Below, piece by piece: positions 28,577 through 37,743 of a stretch of 64,000 nt of DNA. Under the pieces are notes generated by a model. The model saw only the letters and a list, made by a program, of their open reading frames with translations, was not told the DNA's origin and did not search any database. Source of the DNA: an uncultured Acidobacteriaceae bacterium (GTDB lineage Bacteria > Acidobacteriota > Terriglobia > Terriglobales > Acidobacteriaceae); the NCBI GenBank assembly GCA_963722405.1, contig CAVRMO010000004.1, forward strand, positions 12,510-76,509, in the 5' to 3' direction. Made by a program: the position numbers and the translations under genes. How positions within the stretch are numbered: the stretch's first letter is position 1; every line of letters starts with the position of its first letter.

Positions 28577-30271
28577 ATGTCAGAAGTCGTCAAGGAAACG
28601 AAGGCGCAGCGAATCGAGCGGCTCAAACGGGAAAAGAACGCGTGGGAGTGCCTCGACGAGATTCGTGGGTTTGCCCGGAGCGGACTTGCGTCCATTCCTC
28701 CGGAATGGTTGGACACATATTTCCGCTTCTGGGGCGTGTACACGCAGGGCGACGGTGTTGGAGCGGTCGGCGGCACGGGTGGCGCGGGCAAGGCGCTTCC
28801 CTACTTCATGGTGCGCATCCGCATACCCAACGGAATCCTGCTTTCCCACCAGGTCCGGGCCATTGCCGATGTGGTTACGAAGTATGCCCGCGGCAGCGCC
28901 GATATCACGGTGCGCCAGAACGTTCAGCTGCACTGGATCACGATCGAAGACCTGCCGGAAGTGCTCGACGCATTGTGGCGCGCGGGTCTCACCACGATGG
29001 GCTCGTGTGGTGACGACGTTCGCAATATCGTTGGCTGCCCTCTGGCCGGGGTTGACGCTGACGAGATTTACGACGCCTCGCAACTGGTGGAGGAGGCGAA
29101 CCGGGAATTTGTGGGCAATTCCGAGTTCTACAACCTGCCTCGCAAATTCAAGATTTGCATTACAGGCTGTCATGCGTGGTGCTCGTATCCCGAGATCAAT
29201 GACATCGGCCTGACAGCCGTGCGAGGCAAGGACCATGAGGTTGGATTTTCCCTGCGCGTCGCGGGAGGTTTGTCGACCGACCCTCATCCGGCGAAACGGC
29301 TCGATGCATTCGTCCTGCCGGAGCAGGTGTTGCCAGTGCTCAGAGCCGTTGCGTCCATCTTTCGCGACAGCGATGTGTTGCGCGAGAACCGCGAGCGAGC
29401 ACGACTGAAGTTCCTGTTCCTGAAGCATGGATGGACGGCTGAACATTTTCTCAGCGAGCTAAACGGCCGCCTGGGATTCAAGTTGGCCCCAGCAGTTGCG
29501 GAAGACATTCCGGATGACGTGTATCGCGATCACGTAGGAGTTCACCGGCAAAAGCAGCCACGCTACGTCTACGTGGGAGCCTCTGTACTGCGGGGCCGGA
29601 TCACGGCGGCCCAACTATACGCTGCGGCCGATCTGTCTGAGCGTTACGCCGGGGGTGAGTTACGCACGACCAACATGCAGAACCTGCTGATCGTCAACGT
29701 GCCCGAGCACAACGCGGCTGCGGTTGCAGGCAGCTTGCAGCTCGCGGGCCTGCCTATTGAAGGCTCGCCCTTCGGGCGCGGCATCATCGCTTGCTCGGGG
29801 ACTGAATTCTGCAAGATTGCGATCACGGAAACCAAGTCGTTTGGACGGTGGCTGGCGGAAGAACTAGACGAGCGACTCCCGGGCTTTGAACAACACCTGA
29901 AGCTGCATGTGACGGGTTGCCCCAACAGTTGCGGCCAGCACTGGATCGCCGACCTTGGGCTAGAGGGTAAGAAGATCAAACAGAACGGGCAACTGATCGA
30001 CGCCTACTACTTTTGCGTCGGCGGCGCGGTTGGCAAACATCAGGCTATCGCGCGACCTGTTGGATATCGCTGCCCTGCCACGGAGGTGCCGGACGCCATC
30101 GAGCGCCTGTTGAATCGCTACCTGGCGGCGAGAAGTCCGGATGAGAATCTTCGGCAATTCTTCGGGCGCCATTCGAGCGAAGAGATTCGCGCCTTCCTCG
30201 CCGGTGGAGATTTCGTCGCTGTCGAGCGCGATCCAGCGGCTGGCCGCATTCCTCACGGGGTGGAAGGATGA
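28577..30271 (+). CDS. Assimilatory sulfite reductase hemoprotein (ferredoxin-type Sir/NirA/CysI family)
   Basis: The siroheme/4Fe-4S cysteine clusters are IACSGTEFCKIAITETK and HVTGCPNSCGQHWIAD. It is co-operonic with siroheme synthesis and APS reductase genes. SD GAGGTGG. Confidence 0.9.
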   Translation: MSEVVKETKAQRIERLKREKNAWECLDEIRGFARSGLASIPPEWLDTYFRFWGVYTQGDGVGAVGGTGGAGKALPYFMVRIRIPNGILLSHQVRAIADVVTKYARGSADITVRQNVQLHWITIEDLPEVLDALWRAGLTTMGSCGDDVRNIVGCPLAGVDADEIYDASQLVEEANREFVGNSEFYNLPRKFKICITGCHAWCSYPEINDIGLTAVRGKDHEVGFSLRVAGGLSTDPHPAKRLDAFVLPEQVLPVLRAVASIFRDSDVLRENRERARLKFLFLKHGWTAEHFLSELNGRLGFKLAPAVAEDIPDDVYRDHVGVHRQKQPRYVYVGASVLRGRITAAQLYAAADLSERYAGGELRTTNMQNLLIVNVPEHNAAAVAGSLQLAGLPIEGSPFGRGIIACSGTEFCKIAITETKSFGRWLAEELDERLPGFEQHLKLHVTGCPNSCGQHWIADLGLEGKKIKQNGQLIDAYYFCVGGAVGKHQAIARPVGYRCPATEVPDAIERLLNRYLAARSPDENLRQFFGRHSSEEIRAFLAGGDFVAVERDPAAGRIPHGVEG

Positions 30272-30897
30272 GCCGACGGCAGCCATCGCTGTTCCCCATA
30301 TTCGTGAAACTGGAAGGCAGGCCCTGCCTGTTAGTGGGCGGGGGCCCCATAGCGGAAGGCAAGACCACAAGCTTGTTGCGGTCGGGAGCGCGCGTGACCG
30401 TGGTTTCGCCCAAGGTGACGGCAGCCTTGCTGCACCGTGCACACCGCGATGAGATCCGGTGGGAGTCCCGCAGCTTCCAGAGCAGCGACCTCGAGGGGAC
30501 ATTCCTGGTCATTGCTGCGACGTCTAGTAGTGAAACGAATGCCATGGTTTATCGCGAAGCGGACCAGCGCGGGATTTTGTGCAATGCGGTCGATCAGCCG
30601 CAAGACTGCCACTTCTATTATCCCGCGGTTGTCGATCGCGGAGCGTTGCAAATTGCTATTTCCACGGGGGGGCTTAGTCCTTCGCTGGCGCAGCGTTTAC
30701 GGAAAGAACTGGAAGTTCAGTTCGGGCCCGAATACGAGCGGTTGGTCGAATGGCTAGGACGGGTGCGTTCGGGCTTGATGAGCCAAAGCAGCGACTTTGA
30801 ATCGCGGCGCCGCATTCTGGGCCGTCTCGCCAGCCGTGAAGTCTTCGATCGCCTGCAACGCGCGCGTGGACGCGAGCACGGGGAGGATGCGGCATGA
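30268..30897 (+). CDS. Precorrin-2 dehydrogenase / sirohydrochlorin ferrochelatase (CysG N-domain / SirC-Met8-like)
   Basis: It has a Rossmann motif (LLVGGGPIAEGK) and ISTGGLSPSLAQRLR. ATGA overlap with the upstream gene. Confidence 0.85.
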   Translation: MSRRQPSLFPIFVKLEGRPCLLVGGGPIAEGKTTSLLRSGARVTVVSPKVTAALLHRAHRDEIRWESRSFQSSDLEGTFLVIAATSSSETNAMVYREADQRGILCNAVDQPQDCHFYYPAVVDRGALQIAISTGGLSPSLAQRLRKELEVQFGPEYERLVEWLGRVRSGLMSQSSDFESRRRILGRLASREVFDRLQRARGREHGEDAA

Positions 30898-31700
30898 GGG
30901 CGAAAGTCTATCTCGTCGGCGCAGGCCCCGGCGATCCCGAGTTGTTGACAGTGAAAGCTGGCCGCCTGCTGCGATCTGCCGACATCGTTCTGCATGATGC
31001 GCTGGTCAGCGAAGAGATCCTGCAGATTGCACGCCCGAATGCGCAATTGGTGGATGTGGGCAAGCGGGTGGGAGAAAAGCGTCTGACGCAGGATGCCATC
31101 AACCAGCTCCTCGTCGATCTTTCGGGCTGCGCTGACGTAATTGTCCGGCTGAAAGGCGGCGACCCTTCGATATTCGGCCGGGCCGCGGAAGAGATGTCGG
31201 CGTTGCGGCAAGCCGGAATTGAATTTGAAGTTGTGCCCGGCGTTACCGCAGCCCTTGCTGCCGCGGCGCAGGCAGGGATCACGCTCACCGACCGCCAATC
31301 GGCCTCAGGTGTGATCTTTCTCACCGCACAACAGGCGACCGGCAAGGGGCGGACAAACATTGCGCGCTACGCCTCGCAGGACGCCACGCTGGTGATCTAT
31401 ATGCCGACGGGCCACTATCGCGAGATTCGCAGCGACCTGATCGCCGCAGGTTTGAGTCCCGAGACGCACTGCGTGGTGGTGGCGAATGCATCACGGCCGG
31501 ACCAGGAGTTGCTGTGGACCGATATCGCTGCGCTCGGGTCAATCGCCATGCTGCCATCTCCCGCTCTCCTCATCATTGGCCAGGTCGCGCGCTGCCGCAG
31601 TGAAGCGTTGGTTAGCAGCACTGGATGGCAAGGAATTCTCGGTAATGCTACGACGTTATGGCAAGAAATCGCCACGACGAAAGGGAATGGTGAATCATGA
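30894..31700 (+). CDS. cobA: Uroporphyrinogen-III C-methyltransferase
   Basis: VYLVGAGPGDPELLTVKAGRLL, RLKGGDPSIFGR and EVVPGVTAA are tetrapyrrole methylase signatures. ATGA overlap. Confidence 0.9.
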   Translation: MRAKVYLVGAGPGDPELLTVKAGRLLRSADIVLHDALVSEEILQIARPNAQLVDVGKRVGEKRLTQDAINQLLVDLSGCADVIVRLKGGDPSIFGRAAEEMSALRQAGIEFEVVPGVTAALAAAAQAGITLTDRQSASGVIFLTAQQATGKGRTNIARYASQDATLVIYMPTGHYREIRSDLIAAGLSPETHCVVVANASRPDQELLWTDIAALGSIAMLPSPALLIIGQVARCRSEALVSSTGWQGILGNATTLWQEIATTKGNGES

Positions 31701-32392
31701 GCCTGCAGACAAGTACGCGACAGTACGAGAACCTGGATGCTAAGGATGTGATTGATCGCGCACTCGCAGAAAATCGTGGATTAGCCTGTATCACGTGCAG
31801 CTTTCAGGCGGAGGGCATGGTCGTACTCAGCCTGTTGCGGAAACGGCTCCCGCATGTGCCTGTCCTCTTCCTCGATACCGGGTATCACTTCGCCGAGACC
31901 TATGGTTACCGCGATCGCATGACTCGATTGTGGGACCTGAACCTTGTCAACCTAATGCCACTCCAGTCGGTGGCCAAACAAGAATCTGATCTGGGGATTC
32001 TGTATCAGAGCAATCCCGGCCTGTGCTGCCAGCGACGCAAGGTCGAACCATTGATGAGAGCACTGGAGCCCTTCGATCTCTGGTTTACCGGATTGCGGAG
32101 AGAGCAGTCAGCAACGAGAAAGAACCTGAAGACGGTTGAAAACCATCTCCTCCCCAGCGGCAAACACTTGCTGAAAGTGAATCCACTCGCGGACTGGGAC
32201 TGGAAGAGGGTTTGGAAGTATACGGTCGAACACCAGATCGAGTACCAGCCGTTGTATGACGAAGGCTTTACCAGCATTGGTTGCGAACCCTGCACTAGTG
32301 TCCCGCTGGATGAAGCAGACCTGCGCTCGGGCCGCTGGGGTGGGGGAAGGTTGGAGTGTGGCATTCATACCTTCTCGCAAAAGGCGGAATGA
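31697..32392 (+). CDS. cysH: Adenylyl-sulfate (APS) reductase, thioredoxin-dependent, Fe-S type
   Basis: It shows the PAPS_reduct fold (FLDTGYHFAETY) and the catalytic ECGIH motif. The CC (NPGLCCQRRK) and CxxC (GCEPCT) pairs are characteristic of APS-specific enzymes. ATGA overlap. Confidence 0.85.
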   Translation: MSLQTSTRQYENLDAKDVIDRALAENRGLACITCSFQAEGMVVLSLLRKRLPHVPVLFLDTGYHFAETYGYRDRMTRLWDLNLVNLMPLQSVAKQESDLGILYQSNPGLCCQRRKVEPLMRALEPFDLWFTGLRREQSATRKNLKTVENHLLPSGKHLLKVNPLADWDWKRVWKYTVEHQIEYQPLYDEGFTSIGCEPCTSVPLDEADLRSGRWGGGRLECGIHTFSQKAE

Positions 32393-32742
32393 AGACGCGC
32401 TGTTCCAGCCTTTTCGCCGCATAGTCCGCGAACGCGGCGCCGGGCATGAGGCCCTCCCCCCCAGCGCCCGTTGTCTTGGGATCACGCATAATCTAGTCAG
32501 GAGAGATTGCCAAGCCAAAGCCTATCCGTGTCTAAAGTAAGGCATGGCATTTTTTGTCCCGCATTCGGTTGAAAGCAAAATCACGAACTAAAGTCTTTAT
32601 CTGCACTACCAGCGGAGTCCGCGAGGCTAAGTTATGTTTGGCACAAAAGCGCACAAAAGCCTCCGATGAAATTTCACTTTGGACTGGCTAAGGGCCGGTA
32701 GTTGGAATATAAGTACTGAATTCCAACCAGGGCGGATGCAAA

Positions 32743-35445
32743 GTGAATGAGTCCAGCGTCAGTGACGAAGCAAACCGTGTCTACGCCACCGCTGTCTCGC
32801 CGGGAGATACATCTGCGGCTCATCTGAATTCAACAGGCAAACGAATTCCGCGGGTTGCCATTGTTGGAGTGCATGGTGTAGGGGCACATGCACCAGGCGC
32901 TACGGAAGACGCGATGGCGAACTTGTTGTTCTCGCTGCCGGTCCCCGAACCAAGCACTTCCCGCTACTTCGGTTCCTTCCGGTCTGTTGGCGTCCAAGTC
33001 CCTTTGCAGCCAGTTCAGGCTAAAGCGCTACCGGTCGAACGAAAGACAGGTCTCGCGGCTCGCGCAATGGATCTGTACGAGGAGCAAAGCACAAAGTTCG
33101 CAGAGTTGGCGACCGACTATGGCAAGAAGAACGAGGTAGTGGAACGTGGAAAAGCCGGAAATACGTTTATGCGTCTGCTTCTGCAAGGCTATAAAGGTGG
33201 CGCCAATACCGATGCCTACATCACTACCAGACTCGAGGGTAAGCGGAGTGCAAAAGCGCCGGGCGGGGAAGCCGATGTCCACATCTATGAAGTGCTCTGG
33301 GCCGACCTCGCCCAGCCTGACAGCACAATTCTGACTTTCTTGCTTGCTCTATTTCAGTTGGTCCTGCACCTGGCTAGCCTCAGCCGCCTCGCCATCGATA
33401 CCGGTTCAGCGGAGAACACCGGACCTTTGTGGCAGGTCTACCTCGCTATGCAGAGGTATGCAGTCCGCATGCTGCAGATTTTCATTCCATTAGCGAAGGT
33501 TGTCCTGCTGGTCGTAATCTTCTCTTGTATCCCCGCGCTACTTAGTAAGAAGTACGACCTGAGCTGGTTCCCTATCTTGATGCTCGCACTTGCGGGCATC
33601 GCTATCAGCTTTCTTATTTTGAGTCGGAGCCAGAAACCGGTCAGGTCCCACCCGTGGCTTTGGGCATTGCTCGCCCTGGTACCAGGAATTTTAGGGGCCG
33701 CCGTAGGGTGGCTGTTGAGCAGGTACACGAATCCAACCGTTGCTGGCTCTATCGCCTGTTGGCTTTTTCTGGGTGTTCCACTCTTGTTCTATGTGCTGCA
33801 CAACTATGAAGATGTGCGAAAGGGCGTGGAGGTTACGGGATGTCTGGTGTATGGCGTCTGTTTCCTGATTTTTATTGGATACCTGCCCCTCGCCTCAGCC
33901 AAGTGGGCTCCTGAAGCCGCACTCTGGCAGGTTCCCCAAGCCACATTCTGGACGGCCGAGTGGTTGATCGCTTCACTTCGGGCTTCCTGGATGCTACTGA
34001 TTATTTTCGCATTTCTGGCTCTCTTGCTTGGCACCGTGGCCTGTTGGCGTCAGAAGGATACCCCCAAGCGGGCGCGCGTCCGGGCGGCAGTACGCACCGG
34101 CCAGTTCGCCCTTGCGCTGCCCGCGCTGCTGTTTCTGCTGATTACCTCGATGATATGGGCCGGGATGTTCTCGATTGCAAGATGGGTGCACAAGCCGTTT
34201 TTCGAAGAGCGCTTGCTGACGTCACCCCCAGGGGGAGAACGGCTGCTTACCCTGCATCTCATTCCCAACCCGGGTCTCGTCGCCGAGCAGGTTCCGGATC
34301 CGAATGCCAAGGCCGACCCGTGCGCCACCACCCCTCCTTGTTCCGTACCCACACATGCGGACTATCTGCCGGGGATCCTCGCCTGGAGCGTGGGCTACCA
34401 GCTTCCTATCACGCTGGCTCTCTTTGGTCTCGCGCTTTTCTTGCTGGTCTGGTGGATACTGCCGGGCGCAAACACGGAAAGATTTCCGCTTCGCAACAAG
34501 AGTGAGCCGCCGCGAAGCTCGACCAACGCACAGTCGGTGCGGCTAGGCACCTGGAACTCGCGTGGCCTGGATGCCATCTCGGTGATAAGCGCCTTGTTCT
34601 GGTGCGCTATTTTCGTGGCGCCGCTGGCGTTCTATTTCCTGCCAGGTATGTGGCAATCGTATTTTCGGGAGGGGACAGTCCAGATCGTCTTTGTGTGGGC
34701 GGGAACATTCGCCATTCTTGGCGCCACGGTGGCAGCGATTGTGAGGTACGGCAGTTTGATCTTGAGGGCCGTTCTGGATGTCGACACTTACCTGCGTGCT
34801 TCACCGGCAGTTGCCACGCCCCGGGCCCAGATCGTGGAACGGTACGTGTCGACCCTGCGTTACCTGGCACGGTATCGGGATGCCGACGGACGCGGCTATG
34901 ACTCGGTGGTGATTGTCGCGCACAGTTTGGGAGCTTTGATTTCCGGGGACCTCCTTCACTTCCTTTATTCAGATGGCGATCCTCACCTGGCAGCCTTCGG
35001 ACTTTCTGGGGACCAGAAACCCGGCACGATTCCAATCAGCTTGCTAACTATGGGGAATCCAACCCGCCAGCTCTTGAACCGGTTTTTCCCATATCTCTAC
35101 GACTGGGTGCGCGCTGAGCCCGACAACGGACTGCATCCGCTTCCGGATCCAGCCACAGTACCTCCAGTTGCCATATCGGCTCACGCGTTGCCGGACCCGC
35201 GGGAGTTGGGAGTAGCCAAGTGGTTGAACACCTACCGCAGCGGCGATTACATTGGTCGGTCACTGTGGCTCGAAGAGTGGTACGGCCGGACAGGCGGCAA
35301 ACCAGAGGAAGGCCGCTATCCGCAGCCGATTCACGTGGTCCATGGCGATCGCCGTACTGAGATGTGCATCGGTGCTGGAGCCCACACCCACTATTGGGAC
35401 GACACCGCACCGGATGTTGCCGAACTGCTGAACTCGTTAATCTAG
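32743..35445 (+). CDS. Large polytopic membrane protein with lipase/esterase-like (alpha/beta-hydrolase) motifs split between the N and C termini
   Basis: The N-terminus has RVAIVGVHGVGAH and YEVLWADL. About 10-11 hydrophobic helices follow. The C-terminus has a nucleophile elbow (VVIVAHSLGALISGD) and later SGDYIG and GAGAHTHYW. GTG start. Confidence 0.75.
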   Translation: MNESSVSDEANRVYATAVSPGDTSAAHLNSTGKRIPRVAIVGVHGVGAHAPGATEDAMANLLFSLPVPEPSTSRYFGSFRSVGVQVPLQPVQAKALPVERKTGLAARAMDLYEEQSTKFAELATDYGKKNEVVERGKAGNTFMRLLLQGYKGGANTDAYITTRLEGKRSAKAPGGEADVHIYEVLWADLAQPDSTILTFLLALFQLVLHLASLSRLAIDTGSAENTGPLWQVYLAMQRYAVRMLQIFIPLAKVVLLVVIFSCIPALLSKKYDLSWFPILMLALAGIAISFLILSRSQKPVRSHPWLWALLALVPGILGAAVGWLLSRYTNPTVAGSIACWLFLGVPLLFYVLHNYEDVRKGVEVTGCLVYGVCFLIFIGYLPLASAKWAPEAALWQVPQATFWTAEWLIASLRASWMLLIIFAFLALLLGTVACWRQKDTPKRARVRAAVRTGQFALALPALLFLLITSMIWAGMFSIARWVHKPFFEERLLTSPPGGERLLTLHLIPNPGLVAEQVPDPNAKADPCATTPPCSVPTHADYLPGILAWSVGYQLPITLALFGLALFLLVWWILPGANTERFPLRNKSEPPRSSTNAQSVRLGTWNSRGLDAISVISALFWCAIFVAPLAFYFLPGMWQSYFREGTVQIVFVWAGTFAILGATVAAIVRYGSLILRAVLDVDTYLRASPAVATPRAQIVERYVSTLRYLARYRDADGRGYDSVVIVAHSLGALISGDLLHFLYSDGDPHLAAFGLSGDQKPGTIPISLLTMGNPTRQLLNRFFPYLYDWVRAEPDNGLHPLPDPATVPPVAISAHALPDPRELGVAKWLNTYRSGDYIGRSLWLEEWYGRTGGKPEEGRYPQPIHVVHGDRRTEMCIGAGAHTHYWDDTAPDVAELLNSLI

Positions 35446-35488
35446 GCGACGGTCTCGGGATGCCTTAGCATCCACGCTTCAATTTTCT

Positions 35489-35516
35489 AGCCGGAGCGGC
35501 GTGCTCCGGCTTTTTT
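35489..35516 (+). terminator. Intrinsic terminator (copy A of a repeated module)
   Basis: AGCCGGAGC-ggcgt-GCTCCGGCT followed by TTTTTT. Confidence 0.75.
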
Positions 35517-35530
35517 GTGCGATGCCGACG

Positions 35531-35562
35531 TGACGGGAATAAATCCGCCGCACGCCTGTTAT
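35531..35562 (+). promoter_or_regulatory. ECF-sigma-like promoter motif, copy A (GGGAAT-N17-GTTAT)
   Basis: TGACGGGAATAAATCCGCCGCACGCCTGTTAT. About 88 percent identical to 36285-36316 at the same spacing, roughly 40 nt upstream of the next start codon. Confidence 0.4.
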
Positions 35563-35605
35563 CAGCACAGGCGCTACACGATCGTAGCCAGAAGGAGTGA
35601 ACGTG

Positions 35606-36223
35606 ATGAATCGTATTCAGGCTCAAACTATGAGTGACCGCATTGCAAAGATCGTCGTCCCTGCTCTTTTCTTCTTTCTTTCTCTGGCTGCTCCGGGTTA
35701 CTCGCAGACGCGTGTCGTCAATGCACTGCCTGGCTCTGCGGCGACCTCAACGGGAACGCAAGCACCGAAGGGCGTAAAAGTGCTGGCGCGGGTTCCGTTG
35801 GACGGTCTGCCCGTCACCAGGATGTACACGCAATGGGAATATGGCCGGACGTACTTGTACATCGAGCACGGCGGGGCGCGACTTACCACTGTGGATGTGT
35901 CCCGAAAACAGAACCCGCTCGTCGTCAACCATGCGCCGAGGATGGTGGAACCCACACGCTACCAAGAGCTAGCTGAAGGTGGCACAATTGAGGTCTCATC
36001 TCCATGGCGCGTGAACGCCGGGGTTGACAACATCGGCGGCCGCGGAATGTTCAGCGTCCTGGAAAGCAGTGATCCCGGGGATGCAGCGCTTCTTCAGGCC
36101 TTCAGCCATGAAAGCAGCAACTTAGCCGACCGTGACCGCCGGTTGATCTTTTTCGCATCTCCGGCCGAGTTACTGATCGTTGAAGATGGCCGCTGGAAGG
36201 GGATGAATTACACGATTAACTAA
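35606..36223 (+). CDS. Hypothetical exported protein
   Basis: SD AAGGAG lies 8 nt upstream of ATG 35606 (the ORF is open from 35597). Signal-like N-terminus (IVVPALFFFLSLAAPGYSQ). Confidence 0.65.
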   Translation: MNRIQAQTMSDRIAKIVVPALFFFLSLAAPGYSQTRVVNALPGSAATSTGTQAPKGVKVLARVPLDGLPVTRMYTQWEYGRTYLYIEHGGARLTTVDVSRKQNPLVVNHAPRMVEPTRYQELAEGGTIEVSSPWRVNAGVDNIGGRGMFSVLESSDPGDAALLQAFSHESSNLADRDRRLIFFASPAELLIVEDGRWKGMNYTIN

Positions 36224-36241
36224 GTCCCTGATTCGATCGTC

Positions 36242-36270
36242 AGCCGGAGCGGCATGCTCCGGCTTTTTCT
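36242..36270 (+). terminator. Intrinsic terminator (copy B of the repeated module)
   Basis: AGCCGGAGC-ggcat-GCTCCGGCT followed by TTTTTCTT. Confidence 0.75.
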
Positions 36271-36284
36271 TGTGGCTTCAACTT

Positions 36285-36316
36285 TGACGGGAATAAAACC
36301 TCCGCACGCCAGTTAT
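36285..36316 (+). promoter_or_regulatory. ECF-sigma-like promoter motif, copy B (GGGAAT-N17-GTTAT)
   Basis: TGACGGGAATAAAACCTCCGCACGCCAGTTAT, about 30 nt upstream of SD AAGGAGG and ATG 36350. Confidence 0.4.
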
Positions 36317-36349
36317 TCACTCAGAACGACACGCGCGTAAGGAGGACAC

Positions 36350-37324
36350 ATGACCGGCAACAAGTCGAATTTCATCGATCAAGCGATGCAAGACCTTAAC
36401 AACGACGGCATCGACCGTCGCGGTTTTCTGAAGTGCATGGCATGGGCCGGCACGGGACTGGTCTGGACCTTCAGCGGCGGCATTCCTGTCTCTGAGGCCT
36501 TCGCCGGCGACTCCAATCGAAGCGCCGGCAAAAGCGGGGACTTCAGCTTTGTCCAGATCAGCGACAGTCACATGGGTTTTAACAAACCGGCCAATCCTGA
36601 CGTCGCAGCGACCTTGCAGGCGGCGGTCGACAAGATCAATGGCTTGGCGACGGCGCCTGAATTTATGCTGCATACCGGCGACATCAGCCATCTCTCGAAG
36701 CCGGAAGAATTCGATGCGGTCGACCAGATTCTGAAAAGCGCGAAGCCCGGGGATGTTTTCTATGTTCCCGGCGAGCACGACGTATTGAATGACGATGGCA
36801 AGCAATTTCTGGAGCGCTACGGCAAAGGCAGTCAAGGCGGCGGATGGCGCAGTTTCGACAAGAACGGCGTGCATTTTATCGGGCTAGTGAATGTGCTGAA
36901 CCTGAAAGCCGGAGGCCTAGGGACGCTGGGCGGAGAGCAACTGGAATGGATGGAAGCTGACGTCAAACACCTGAAGCACAGCACTCCGATCGTGGTGTTT
37001 GCACATATCCCTCTGTGGGCGGTGTATCCCGAGTGGGGCTGGGGTACGTCCGATAGCGCACAGGCGTTGGCGTACCTGAAGAAGTTCGGCTCGGTTACGG
37101 TGCTGAATGGACACATTCACCAAACCATGCAGAAGATCGAAGGCAACGTGACATTTCACACCGCAACTTCCACCGCATTCCCGCAACCGCATCCCGGAGC
37201 GGCGCCGTCTCCGGGGCCGATGAAGGTTCCAGCTGAGCAGTTGAGGAGCTTGCTTGGTATCACGGACGTGAATTATGTGCGGGGTCGGCACTCGCTGGCG
37301 GTAGTTGACTCTACCCTCGGCTAG
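36350..37324 (+). CDS. Tat-exported metallophosphoesterase (calcineurin-like)
   Basis: Twin-arginine motif DRRGFLK. Phosphoesterase motifs QISDSHMG, HTGDISH, PGEHD, FAHIPLW and NGHIHQ. Confidence 0.85.
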   Translation: MTGNKSNFIDQAMQDLNNDGIDRRGFLKCMAWAGTGLVWTFSGGIPVSEAFAGDSNRSAGKSGDFSFVQISDSHMGFNKPANPDVAATLQAAVDKINGLATAPEFMLHTGDISHLSKPEEFDAVDQILKSAKPGDVFYVPGEHDVLNDDGKQFLERYGKGSQGGGWRSFDKNGVHFIGLVNVLNLKAGGLGTLGGEQLEWMEADVKHLKHSTPIVVFAHIPLWAVYPEWGWGTSDSAQALAYLKKFGSVTVLNGHIHQTMQKIEGNVTFHTATSTAFPQPHPGAAPSPGPMKVPAEQLRSLLGITDVNYVRGRHSLAVVDSTLG

Positions 37325-37376
37325 ACCACTCGACGTAACCATATTACTAGTTCGGAAATCCAGAGAGGAGCTGCAG

Positions 37377-37736
37377 ATGTTGAGGAGAAGTGTGTTTATT
37401 CAAGCTTTGGAAATGATGATCATCGCGATGGTGCTGTTATTGCCAGGAACCCTGGCAGTCACAGCGGACGCGCAGCAGGCGCCACCCACCTCTGTCGAGG
37501 TCAAGATCGATAACTTCAGTTTCGGCCCTGCCACCGTGACCGTACCCGCAGGTACAACGGTAACGTGGACGAATCGGGACGACATCCCCCACACCGTGGT
37601 CAGCACAGACGGCGCGTTCAAGTCCAAAGTGCTCGATACGGATGAGAAGTTCTCCTTCACTTTCAGCAAGCCGGGAGCGTACCCATACTTCTGCTCGATT
37701 CATCCCAAGATGACGGGCAAGGTTGTGGTCCAGTGA
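37377..37736 (+). CDS. Cupredoxin (amicyanin/plastocyanin-like blue copper protein)
   Basis: Signal peptide, then VTVPAGTTVTWTNRDDIPHTVV and YFCSIHPKMTGKVVV (His ... Cys-x2-His-x2-Met ligand pattern). SD GAGAGGAG precedes ATG 37377. Confidence 0.85.
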   Translation: MLRRSVFIQALEMMIIAMVLLLPGTLAVTADAQQAPPTSVEVKIDNFSFGPATVTVPAGTTVTWTNRDDIPHTVVSTDGAFKSKVLDTDEKFSFTFSKPGAYPYFCSIHPKMTGKVVVQ

Positions 37737-37743
37737 GCAGGCA

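Noticed and set aside
28580-29446. A 288-aa minus-strand ORF.
   Set aside because: It is antisense to the sulfite reductase gene. It is a shadow frame.
32641-32660. A direct repeat, GCACAAAAGC x2, upstream of the polytopic hydrolase-like gene.
   Set aside because: It is too short, with only two copies. There is no associated promoter or structure that I could define.
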